Assembly (NCBI GenBank): GCA_963714085.1
Contig: OY970229.1
Span: 384,001-448,000, forward strand
From: an uncultured Candidatus Micrarchaeota archaeon
GTDB lineage: Archaea > Micrarchaeota > Micrarchaeia > Anstonellales > Bilamarchaeaceae
Direction of reading: 5' to 3'
DNA length: 64,000 nt
Part shown: positions 18,859 to 28,226 of the stretch, piece by piece
Layout of the letters: the number at the start of each line of letters is the position of its first letter
Numbering within the stretch: position 1 is the first letter of the stretch
Translations under genes and position numbers: made by a program
Notes under the pieces: model-generated
The model's input: the letters and a program-made list of their open reading frames with translations, nothing else
Databases searched by the model: none
Told to the model about the DNA's origin: nothing

Positions 18859-20472
18859 TCAGCGCCCGAACTCCCATTTCACGCCCTTGCGCGCCGCGTC
18901 TATGACCTCGTCCGGGTTCAGGTAGTAATGCGACACTATCTCGCCGACCTGGTCGACGTCCTCGTAGCCGTTCTTCACCATCCAATCGAGTATCTCGGTC
19001 TTCTCACGGACGTCCTCCTCTATCTCCCGCTCGTCCATGCCCGCGTACAGCGAGAGCAGCCCCGAGAGCCGGTCCATCTTGCCGACCCCCTTTATCTTGT
19101 CGCTCTTGACGTCCCACTTGTAGAGCGTGTTTATCGCCCCGTTCTTCTTGACCTCGCTGAACTCCAGCACCCTCCTGATGTTGAACCTCCTGTGCCTGAA
19201 GGTCACCACGATGCCCGAGAGCGCGTCCAGCATGGCCGCGGGTATGTTTATCGGCGGGTTGGTGAGCCTGGATATCGTCTGCTCGGAGTTGTCCGCGTGC
19301 AGAGTGGCGTACACCGAGTGGCCCGTGTGCATGGCCTCGAAGAGTATCTCGGCCTCGCGCTGGCGCCTTATCTCCCCGACTATTATGCGGTCGGGCCTCT
19401 GCCTCAATGCGTTCACCATCAGGTCGAGCATCGTGACCTCGCCCTTGCCCTCCGGGTTCGGCTCGCGCACCACCATGGGCACCCAGTGCAGGAACGACGG
19501 GAGCGTGAGCTCCCTCGTGTCCTCTATGGAGACTATCCTCTGGTTGGCCGGGATGAGCCCGGACATCGCGTTGAGGAAGGACGTCTTGCCCGAACCCGTT
19601 CCTCCTGTGACCAGGAGCGAGAGCTCGTTCTGTATGCAGAGCCATATCAGGCCGGCCACTTCTGACGATACCGTGTTGGAGCGTATGAAATTCGTTATGG
19701 TCCAGGGGTTCTTGGCGAACTTCCTGATGGTGATGGTGTTTCCGAAGCTGGATATGGGGAACATCGTGGAGTTCACACGGTCCCCTGAGGGCAGGTGCGC
19801 GTCCAGCATCGGGTTGAGCACGTTTATCTGCCTGCCGATCTTCCTCGCTATCATGGACGCGTAGTCGTATATCTGCTCCTCGCTCCTTAGCCGGAGGTTG
19901 CTCTTGCACCATCCGAACTTCTTGTGGTAGACCCACACCGGGTCCTGCGAGTTGTTGATGACCACTTCTTCCAGCTGGTCGTCGGAGAGGAACGCCTCGA
20001 GCTCGCCGAGGCCCAGCGTGTTCTGGAGCAGGTAGACCGCGAGTATCTCCTTCTTGTCCGGAGGGAGCGTCGGGAAGTTCCGCTGCAGTATGCGCTTGGC
20101 CGCCTCCAGGAACTTGCCCTTGACCTCCTCGAATTTCTTCGGGTCGAGGATCTCGGAGATGTCAAGCTTGACCTCTGTGACCAGCTCGCCCTTGAGCTTG
20201 GTCTCCAGGATGAGCTTGGTGCCCTCGGCTATGCCGGGGATCGTGACCTCGTAGCGCGGCACGAAGTCCTTGCCCTTGATTATCTTGACCTCCACCGGGA
20301 GGCCCTCGCTGGTGAAGCTGTAGGACGCGAGCAGGGATATCTTCGTCCGTCTCTCCTCCGGAGGGGCGGATTCGGGCGCTGCGGCCACAGGAGGGTCTGC
20401 TTCGGGAGGCTTCGGCGGGTCAGCCCTGAGCCTGTCCCTTATCCTCTGTCTGATATCGTCATCCTTGGGCAT
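18859..20472 (-). CDS. VirB11/CpaF-family pilus assembly ATPase
   Basis: Walker A GGTGSGKTS, SIEDTREL, ALRQRPDRIIVGE, HTGHSVYATLHA. Start placed at ATG 20472 (MPKDDD). Confidence 0.95.
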   Translation of the reverse strand: MPKDDDIRQRIRDRLRADPPKPPEADPPVAAAPESAPPEERRTKISLLASYSFTSEGLPVEVKIIKGKDFVPRYEVTIPGIAEGTKLILETKLKGELVTEVKLDISEILDPKKFEEVKGKFLEAAKRILQRNFPTLPPDKKEILAVYLLQNTLGLGELEAFLSDDQLEEVVINNSQDPVWVYHKKFGWCKSNLRLRSEEQIYDYASMIARKIGRQINVLNPMLDAHLPSGDRVNSTMFPISSFGNTITIRKFAKNPWTITNFIRSNTVSSEVAGLIWLCIQNELSLLVTGGTGSGKTSFLNAMSGLIPANQRIVSIEDTRELTLPSFLHWVPMVVREPNPEGKGEVTMLDLMVNALRQRPDRIIVGEIRRQREAEILFEAMHTGHSVYATLHADNSEQTISRLTNPPINIPAAMLDALSGIVVTFRHRRFNIRRVLEFSEVKKNGAINTLYKWDVKSDKIKGVGKMDRLSGLLSLYAGMDEREIEEDVREKTEILDWMVKNGYEDVDQVGEIVSHYYLNPDEVIDAARKGVKWEFGR

Positions 20473-20554
20473 AGAATCCACCGGGCAAACGTCGGCATGA
20501 TTAAGCGTATTAAGATAAGTATATTTATAAGGGCTTAGATGCCCCGGGCGCCGG

Positions 20555-23500
20555 CTAGTCCTTCTTGTTGCCGCCACGCAATTTCCGGTATGCCAGGTAC
20601 GCCAAAATCATGATTACTATGATCGGCAGCGCCCAGTAGTAGTTCAGCGGCTGCTGGACCACGGCAGGCCTGGAGACCTGGGTTGCCGGAGGGGACAGCC
20701 CGACCGCGATGGGATGCATCTTCACGGATACGCCGGCCAGCATCAGCTTGACCGTGTAATTGCCCTGGAAGTCTAACGGCAGCAGGAATTGGCCATCCGC
20801 GTTCGTGACCGTATTGAACGAGGCGCCGTCGGGGAGCATTATCTGGAGCGAGGCATCTGGCAGCGGCTGGCCATCCAGCGTGACCGTGACCGTTCCCTGC
20901 CCGCCCACCAGTCCCTCGTTATCACCCGTGAGGTCAAGAACCTCGCACTTATGTGCGACGCAGATGTTTGCCACAGGGCAGTCTGCGTCCGCGCAGCATT
21001 CGTAGGAATGCCAGGTATGGTTTGCGGCGAATCCGCATGTGCCGTTCATCGGTTTGCAGGTACCGCCGAGGCAGGCCTCGCTGCCGCTGCAGTCGGCGTC
21101 CAGCGCGCATGCGTTTTTCTGAGGGACCGGATGTTCGAGTGTGACGTTTCCTGTGGGTATTATGGGGGATTCGATGCCGCCGCCTCCACCGCCTCCGCCA
21201 CCGTAGCCTCCGCCGCCACCTCCACTACCCCCACCGCCGCCTCCGCCGCCACCGCCTCCTGAGGAAATCGTGAAGCCGTAGGTCGCTGATGAGTTCGTAT
21301 TGTTGAAGATGTCCCTGCAGGTGACGTTCCAGGCGTAGCTTCCCAGCGCCGTCAGCACCGATATCTGGTCTGGGGATCCGCTCACGACGCTGGCGTTGGT
21401 GTAGTTGAGCAGCCCGTCCAGGTAAAGCGAGCAGTTCATCGTGGGGGACATTGCATCCGTTGCCGTGAAGATGAGGTTGACGGTGATCGGCGTGCTCGAC
21501 GTGTAGGAAGCGCCGTTGGCAGGGCTGTTGAGCGCTATGTTCGGCAGGACCGAGCTGGAGTTGAAGCTCCTGGTCTCGCTCGTGTTCGCGTTGCCCGCAT
21601 TGTCCGTGCAGTTGACGTACCAGGTGTGGTTGCCGTCGCTTATGCCGCTGACGTTGAAGACGGTGGCTGTGTTGTTGTTCACCGAGGAGTTGGTCTGGTT
21701 CGGGACGTTGTCAAGGAAGAGCAAGCAGCTCATCTTCTGGGCCAGGTTGTCCGTCGCGGTGAAGTTGAAGGAGACTGATGATGAATTTAGCAGTGACAGG
21801 TTGTACGGGGAATTGAGGGTCACGGATGGGACGGTCGTGTCCACTGTGAAATTCCTTGCCGCTGATACACCCAGGTTGTTTGACTGGTCAGTGCATGTGA
21901 CATTCCACCGATAGAAGCCGTCCGGTATCCCAGAAACAAGCGGGAACACGGTTGTCGTGCCGTTCTGGACAGACGTATTCGTCTGGTTCAGGATGCCGTC
22001 TATGTACATCGAGCAGTTCATAGTTGTAGAGGCGTCATCAGTGGTATTGAAGCTGAAAGTTACGCTTGAGACATTGCTGATTGTTCCGGATAACGGAGCG
22101 ATGAGATTGACTGCTGGAGGGGTCGTATCATTGTCCTGGAGGATGCCGTAGATGCTTGCTGGGTTCAGGTTCGTGTAGCCCAAGGTATCGAAGACGATAT
22201 CCGGGGTGTTGTTCAGCATCGTCCATGTACCGCTGTACTTCCAGAGCTGGAAACGGCTCTGGTTGTACCCGCTAGCTTCTGGATTAGTCCAGCTCCAGGC
22301 TATGGAATCTATCGATACCGTGCCGCCCTGTACGGAGATGTTAGCGAATGTCTGGGCGAAGGAAGCTTTCCCTGCTGGAAGGGATGATGAGTTGCAAGTC
22401 CAATTTATGGTGTATGATTCACCTGAGTTCACGCTGTCGTTGATGGAAAGGTTGGTGTAGTTCTGCATGCCGCCCAAGGGATTGTCGAAGATGGAATTCA
22501 CCATGCTGTAGTTGGACGAGCTGAGGCCTATGGTGTTGTTGACTATGAAGTCGTACGAGTTTTTGTGGAAATATGTGCCTGAAAGGATGGTGCCGTTCGA
22601 GTCCGATATATAGAAACCGTATCCATTGCCAGTGGCATTGTTGCTGAAGAATGTGTTGTTCAGCCCGAATTCGACATAGAAGCCGTTGCCGCTGTTGTTC
22701 GCGGCCAGGTTGTTCGTGAGGTTGTTGAGAGCCGTCATAGACAGGCCATCGCTTTCCACATCGAAGCCATCGGTGTCGTTGTATGCGAGATTGTTGCTGA
22801 GATTGTTCGAGACCGCGTCGAATACCAGGAATCCTTCCTGGGAATCATTATTGACGATATTGTTCTGCAGTGTGTTATAGTCTCCCCCCTGGACATTGAA
22901 TCCGATTCCGGAGCTGTTCGTGACATTATTCCCAATCACACGGTCCCATGAACCCTCCAAATCGAATCCGGAGCCGCTGTTCACCACCAGGTTGCTTGTG
23001 AAATTGCTCCGATTGCCATTGATAGCGAACGGATTGGAGCAGTTGATTATGGTGTTGCCCGTCACCGTGCTGTTCCGGCCGCCGAAATTGAATACGTCGC
23101 CAGTGAGGTTCGCCGCGGTGTTGTTCGCATAGGTGGCGAAGGTGCCGTCGGCATAGGTGAAACCAGTGGTGCCAGAAGCGCTGTTGTTGATGAAACTGCT
23201 GTTTATAGCCGTAGCATCATCATCGAATTCGTATGGGACCTGCGCACTGCTGCCATATGCCGAATTGTTCCGGATCATGGAGTTCGAAGAGTTGTAAACC
23301 GCCAGGCCTATGCTCACGTTGGAGAGGTTCAGGATGCAGTTCCGCACTGCCACATTGGTCGAATTCTGTATCGCCACCTGCGTGGGCTGGGAACCGCTGC
23401 CTGTTGAGTTCACCGTATGTCCGGCGCAATCGAAAACGACATTCGATGTGCTGTTTATCAGGATGCACGCGGTCCAGCCGTACCCGTTAGGCCCGTATGG

Positions 23501-26500
23501 ATACACGCCTACGCCGCTCACGCTGCTCGGAAGCACGTATGTGCCCGGAGCGCTTATCACCTGGCAGGGGATGCTCGTCGGGATCTCGAGTATGCCATAA
23601 ACGCTCGCCGGATTCATGTTCCTGAGGCCCAGGATATCGGCGGTCGTGTCCGGAGTGCCGTTCAGCAGTACCCAGCCGGAGCTGTATTTCCAGAGCCCGA
23701 AGGTGCTCTCGTTGTGTCCGGAGGATCCTGTGTCGGTCCAGCTCCAGACGATGCTGTTGATGGACAGCGGATTGGAGCCGGGCGTTATGCTTATGCTCAC
23801 GAACTCCTGCGCGAATGGTTCGTAGCCGAACGGGGGGGTGGCCGGGGCACCGCTCCAGTTGACTGAATACGATTGGGTGTTGTTACCCAGAGTGGTGTTG
23901 ATGGACAGGTTGGTGTAGTTCTGCATGTTGCCCAAAGGGTTGTCAAATATGAGGCTGGAGAAGTTGGATACCATCGGAGAACCGGAATTGTCCAGCACCT
24001 CCATATCCGGACTGTTGTTGGAGAAATGCATGCCCTGCACAACAATCTGGTTGGAGTTGAATATCAGCAGGCCGATATTGGAGCTGTTGAACGCTGCGTT
24101 GTTGGAAAGCTGGGTGGAATTGCTGTTGTTCAGTTCGAAACCGTACCGTCCCGATGCGTTGTCGCCCGTAAGATTGCCGTTGTTGCTCTGGTAGAGGCAG
24201 ATGCCGAAGCTTAACCTGGAGGTTGCGGTGGAGCTGGTGATATTGTCGTTGGGACTATTGTAAATGTCGATTGCGATACTGTTCGTGGTGGTGGCGTTTG
24301 AATTGGAGATTGTCGAGGAACTGGCATTGCAGAATATTATCTGTTCCGTATCGTTTCCATTCAGGACCACCCCGTTCTGGTTATTGTAGTAGAGTATCGG
24401 CTTGCCTGTGCCTCCGCTATTGTTGTTGAGCGTATTGCTGCAGTCGCCGTAGAACCCGAAACCGCCGTTCATCGTCGTGTTGCTGACCATGTTGTTGGAG
24501 CTCAGGTAAAGGAAGACACCGGAGCTTGAGGCGGATGTTCCGGTGGAGCTGTTGAGGTTGTTGCTGTTGCTAGAGGAAAGGACGATGCCATAGCCTGAGG
24601 AGGATGTCCCGGTGGAGTTGATGAGGTTGTTGCTGTTGCTAGAGGAAAGGACGATGCCGTAGCTTGAGCTCGATGCCCCGGTGGAGTTGATGAGGTTGAT
24701 GCCGGAGCTTGAGGCGAGGCAAATGCCGTAGCTCGAGGAGGATGTCCCGGTGGAGTTGATGATGTTGTCGATGCCTGGGCTTGAGTATATAACGATGCCG
24801 TAGTTTGAGATGGATGCCCCGGTGGAGCTGTTGAGGTTGTTGCCTGAGCCTCCGTAGATGACGATGCCGTAGCCTGAGGAGGAGGCCCCGGTGGAGTTGA
24901 TGAAATTGTTGTTGTTGTTGGTGGCGTCGTAATTGAGTTGGATGCCGGAGCCTGAGGAGGACGCCCCGGTGGAGTTGGTGAAGTTGTTTCCGGAGCTTCC
25001 GGAGAGGTCGATGCCTGCGTATCCGTTGGAGGTTGCGTTGGATATTCCGGTGAAGTTGACGAATATGTTGCCGGAGGACGAGGCGAGGACGATGCCGTGG
25101 GTTAAGTTGGATGCGGCGGTGGAGCTGGCGAACGTGTTGCCGGAGGCCGAGGAGAGGAGGATGCCGTAGTTTGAGTTGGATATGGCGGTGGAGTTGGCGA
25201 ACGTGTTGCCGGAGCTTGAGAGGACGTAGATGCCGTAGCGCGAGTTGGACGTTCCGCTGGAGCTGGTGAAATTGTTGTTGTTGGAGCTCGTATCCAGGTT
25301 GATGCCGAAACCGGAGTTGCAGTTTCCGGAGGAGTTGGCGAATGCGTTGTTGGAGCTCGAGGAGAGGTATATGCCCGCGTTTGCGTCGGAGGGCGCCTGG
25401 CAGTTTCCGGTGGAGTTGGCGAATGCGTTGCCGGAGCTTGATTGGAGGTATATGCCGTAGTATGTGTTGGTGGTTCCGTTGGAGCTTATGAATGTGTCGT
25501 TGGAGCTCGATTGTACGTAGATTGCGATGCCGTTTGTGCTGGTGGCGTTCGTATTGGAGATTGTCGAGGAGCTGGCATTGCAGAGCATCACCTGCTCGGG
25601 ATGGATTCCGTTCAGGATCACCCCGTTTTGGTTGTTGTAGTAGAGTATCTTCCTGCCGGTGCCGGCAGTGATGTTGGTGAGGTTATTGGTGCAGTCGGCG
25701 TAGAACCCGAAATCGCCGCTCAACGTATCGTTGGTGAATATATTGTAGGAGCTCGAATCGACGTAGGCGCCAAGGCCGCCGTCGGAGTTTCCGGTGCAGT
25801 TGGTGAACGTGTTGTAGTTGGAGCTTTGGGAGAGGGCGAAACCCGAGCCTGAGCCGAAGCCTGCGCCCGAGGTGATGGTCGCGGTGCAGTTGGTGAAATT
25901 GTTGTAGACGGCGCCTCCGTCGAGGCCGATGCCGGCGATACCACGTGCAACATATCCCGAAGAGGTGTTTGCGGTGCAGTTGGTGAATGTGTTGTTGGCG
26001 GAGCCGTGGAGGTAGATGCCGTTGTTTCCCCCGGGGGTGGTTGCGATGAGATTGACGACTGTGTTGCCGAATCCGCCCCACATGACCATGGCATCTCCCC
26101 CATTTCCAAAGCCAACTTGGCCGGAGGTTGCGGTGCAGTTGGTTAATATGTTGTTGTTGCAGCTTGCGTAGAGCTCGATGCCGTTGCCTGAGGCGGAGGT
26201 TCCGTTGCAGTTGGTGAGATTGTTGTTGGAGCAGCTGTAGAGGTCAATGCCGATGCCTGAGACGGCGATTCCGGTGCAGTTGACGAGTGTGTTGTAATCG
26301 GAGCCCGAGTAAAAGTAGATGCCGTCGTTTGATGAAGAGCCTGATGAAGCGGTGGTTCCGGTGCAGTTGGTGAGTGTGTTGTTGTTGGAGCCCCAGTAGA
26401 AGTAGATGCCGTGGTACCAGCTGGAGTTTCCGGTGGAGTTGGTGATATTGTTGTTGGAACTCGACTGGAGGTAGATTCCGGGAGCGTATACGCTGGTGCC

Positions 26501-28180
26501 TTTTGCATTGAAGATGGTCGAGTAATTGACACCGCAGAATACTATCTGTTCTGTATCGTTTCCGTTCAGGACCACACCGTTCTGGTTATTGTAGTAGAGT
26601 ATCGGCTTGCCGCTGCCGCCAGTGATGTTGGTGAGCGAATTGGTGCAGTCGGTGCCACTACCGAAAGCCATGCTGAAACCGCCGTCCATCGTCATGTTGG
26701 CGATTCTGTTGTAGGAGCTTCCGGGATCTATGTAGAAGGCGTAGAATGGTGCGCTCTTTGCGTAAGAGTTGGTGAAATTGTTGCTGGAGCATCCGGAGAC
26801 GCGGATGCCAAGCGCCCCGGGCCCGCCGTAGGTGGTTGCGTTGAAGTTGATGAATGTGTTGTAGTTGGAGGCTGAGTGGAGGTCGAGGGCGTCGGTTGAG
26901 ACTGTGATTGCGGTGGAGTTGATGAACGTGTTGTAGTTGGAGTTTTGGTAAAGTAAAACAGCATAATATCCCCCGGAAGTGCTTCCGGTGGAATTGATGA
27001 ATGTGTTGCCGGAGCTCGATTGGAGGTAGATGCCCGGTTCATAGCCGGTGGTTCCGACAGAGTTGGTGATTGTGTTGTTGGAGCTTGATTCGAGGGAGAT
27101 GCCGTAGCCTACGCCGCCGCCTGTGCCGACAGAATTGGTGATCGCGTTTCCGGAGCTCGATTGGAGTGAGATGCCGTAGTATTCGTGGAATCCGCCGCCC
27201 CCGCCGCTGTACGTTCCCGTGGAGTTGGTGATACTGTTGTTGACACTAGATAAGAGCGCGATGCCGGCGTAGGTCGAGGAGGAGGTTCCGGTAGCGTTGA
27301 TGATCGTGTTGTTGGAACTCGAGTCCAGCACGATGCCGGCGTAGGTCGAGGCGCCTTTTCCAGTACAGTTGATGATTGTGTCGTAGGAACTCGCGTAGAG
27401 GTAGATGGTTCCGTTGGAGTCGATGATGTTGCTGTTGTTGGAGCCGAAGAAGTATATGCCGGAGTTTGACCCGGAGCTTTCTTTGGAGTTGGTGATGCTG
27501 TTGTAGTTGGAGTCGAGGACATATATGCCGTAGCCCGAGCTTGAGTTTGCGATGGAGTTGGTGATTGCGTTGCCGGAGCCTGATACGAGGTAGATGCCGT
27601 ATCCTGAATTATAGGTCGTGCTCACGTTTGTGCCGGCTATCGTCCCGTTGGATGCGGAGCTGAAATTTATGCCGCTTGAGAAGTTGCTTATGATGCAGTA
27701 CGTGATGGTCGTGTTGAAGTTCGAGGTGTAGACCCCGTATGTTCCGGTCGCGTTGTTTCCGGTCAGCGAGTTGCCCGCGCAGGAGATCGTCACGTTGTCC
27801 GCGGTCACATTGATGCAGGTTACGGTTGAAGTCTGCGGCCCGGTTACGTTGTACACCGTATTGGGCGAATCGGCCGTACAGCCGCAGGCCAGGTTTGCGC
27901 TGTTGCATGACGCCGCGAAGCTGATGCCGCAGAACATGAGAGATACGATGATTCCGGTCAAGAGCGCTCTGGGGGATAGGAACCAGATAAGGACTCCCAT
28001 GGCAACCAGGCAGGATATCGCAAGCGCACCAGCGGCGCCGAGCGGCATATTGTTTGCATAGGATATCCGCGTGCTCCCGGTTTGAGATGGCTGGGTATGG
28101 ATTAGAATCACGCAGAGAAGTAACGATACGACCAAAGCTAATAGCATCGCTGCGAGCGCACTACCTGCACGTTTGTGCAT
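20555..28180 (-). CDS. Giant surface protein 1: right-handed parallel beta-helix (NosD/PbH1-like), Ig-like, Cys-rich, C-terminal TM anchor
   Basis: 2541 aa; dozens of GIxLxSSSxNxxxNxT repeats; poly-Gly linker; CxxDxxC module; TM segment plus basic tail. Confidence 0.88.
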   Translation of the reverse strand: MHKRAGSALAAMLLALVVSLLLCVILIHTQPSQTGSTRISYANNMPLGAAGALAISCLVAMGVLIWFLSPRALLTGIIVSLMFCGISFAASCNSANLACGCTADSPNTVYNVTGPQTSTVTCINVTADNVTISCAGNSLTGNNATGTYGVYTSNFNTTITYCIISNFSSGINFSSASNGTIAGTNVSTTYNSGYGIYLVSGSGNAITNSIANSSSGYGIYVLDSNYNSITNSKESSGSNSGIYFFGSNNSNIIDSNGTIYLYASSYDTIINCTGKGASTYAGIVLDSSSNNTIINATGTSSSTYAGIALLSSVNNSITNSTGTYSGGGGGFHEYYGISLQSSSGNAITNSVGTGGGVGYGISLESSSNNTITNSVGTTGYEPGIYLQSSSGNTFINSTGSTSGGYYAVLLYQNSNYNTFINSTAITVSTDALDLHSASNYNTFINFNATTYGGPGALGIRVSGCSSNNFTNSYAKSAPFYAFYIDPGSSYNRIANMTMDGGFSMAFGSGTDCTNSLTNITGGSGKPILYYNNQNGVVLNGNDTEQIVFCGVNYSTIFNAKGTSVYAPGIYLQSSSNNNITNSTGNSSWYHGIYFYWGSNNNTLTNCTGTTASSGSSSNDGIYFYSGSDYNTLVNCTGIAVSGIGIDLYSCSNNNLTNCNGTSASGNGIELYASCNNNILTNCTATSGQVGFGNGGDAMVMWGGFGNTVVNLIATTPGGNNGIYLHGSANNTFTNCTANTSSGYVARGIAGIGLDGGAVYNNFTNCTATITSGAGFGSGSGFALSQSSNYNTFTNCTGNSDGGLGAYVDSSSYNIFTNDTLSGDFGFYADCTNNLTNITAGTGRKILYYNNQNGVILNGIHPEQVMLCNASSSTISNTNATSTNGIAIYVQSSSNDTFISSNGTTNTYYGIYLQSSSGNAFANSTGNCQAPSDANAGIYLSSSSNNAFANSSGNCNSGFGINLDTSSNNNNFTSSSGTSNSRYGIYVLSSSGNTFANSTAISNSNYGILLSSASGNTFASSTAASNLTHGIVLASSSGNIFVNFTGISNATSNGYAGIDLSGSSGNNFTNSTGASSSGSGIQLNYDATNNNNNFINSTGASSSGYGIVIYGGSGNNLNSSTGASISNYGIVIYSSPGIDNIINSTGTSSSSYGICLASSSGINLINSTGASSSSYGIVLSSSNSNNLINSTGTSSSGYGIVLSSSNSNNLNSSTGTSASSSGVFLYLSSNNMVSNTTMNGGFGFYGDCSNTLNNNSGGTGKPILYYNNQNGVVLNGNDTEQIIFCNASSSTISNSNATTTNSIAIDIYNSPNDNITSSTATSRLSFGICLYQSNNGNLTGDNASGRYGFELNNSNSTQLSNNAAFNSSNIGLLIFNSNQIVVQGMHFSNNSPDMEVLDNSGSPMVSNFSSLIFDNPLGNMQNYTNLSINTTLGNNTQSYSVNWSGAPATPPFGYEPFAQEFVSISITPGSNPLSINSIVWSWTDTGSSGHNESTFGLWKYSSGWVLLNGTPDTTADILGLRNMNPASVYGILEIPTSIPCQVISAPGTYVLPSSVSGVGVYPYGPNGYGWTACILINSTSNVVFDCAGHTVNSTGSGSQPTQVAIQNSTNVAVRNCILNLSNVSIGLAVYNSSNSMIRNNSAYGSSAQVPYEFDDDATAINSSFINNSASGTTGFTYADGTFATYANNTAANLTGDVFNFGGRNSTVTGNTIINCSNPFAINGNRSNFTSNLVVNSGSGFDLEGSWDRVIGNNVTNSSGIGFNVQGGDYNTLQNNIVNNDSQEGFLVFDAVSNNLSNNLAYNDTDGFDVESDGLSMTALNNLTNNLAANNSGNGFYVEFGLNNTFFSNNATGNGYGFYISDSNGTILSGTYFHKNSYDFIVNNTIGLSSSNYSMVNSIFDNPLGGMQNYTNLSINDSVNSGESYTINWTCNSSSLPAGKASFAQTFANISVQGGTVSIDSIAWSWTNPEASGYNQSRFQLWKYSGTWTMLNNTPDIVFDTLGYTNLNPASIYGILQDNDTTPPAVNLIAPLSGTISNVSSVTFSFNTTDDASTTMNCSMYIDGILNQTNTSVQNGTTTVFPLVSGIPDGFYRWNVTCTDQSNNLGVSAARNFTVDTTVPSVTLNSPYNLSLLNSSSVSFNFTATDNLAQKMSCLLFLDNVPNQTNSSVNNNTATVFNVSGISDGNHTWYVNCTDNAGNANTSETRSFNSSSVLPNIALNSPANGASYTSSTPITVNLIFTATDAMSPTMNCSLYLDGLLNYTNASVVSGSPDQISVLTALGSYAWNVTCRDIFNNTNSSATYGFTISSGGGGGGGGGGGSGGGGGGYGGGGGGGGGIESPIIPTGNVTLEHPVPQKNACALDADCSGSEACLGGTCKPMNGTCGFAANHTWHSYECCADADCPVANICVAHKCEVLDLTGDNEGLVGGQGTVTVTLDGQPLPDASLQIMLPDGASFNTVTNADGQFLLPLDFQGNYTVKLMLAGVSVKMHPIAVGLSPPATQVSRPAVVQQPLNYYWALPIIVIMILAYLAYRKLRGGNKKD

Positions 28181-28226
28181 GAGGATATTACATAGGTCGA
28201 TTTAAAAGGATTATTTACCCGGGCCG

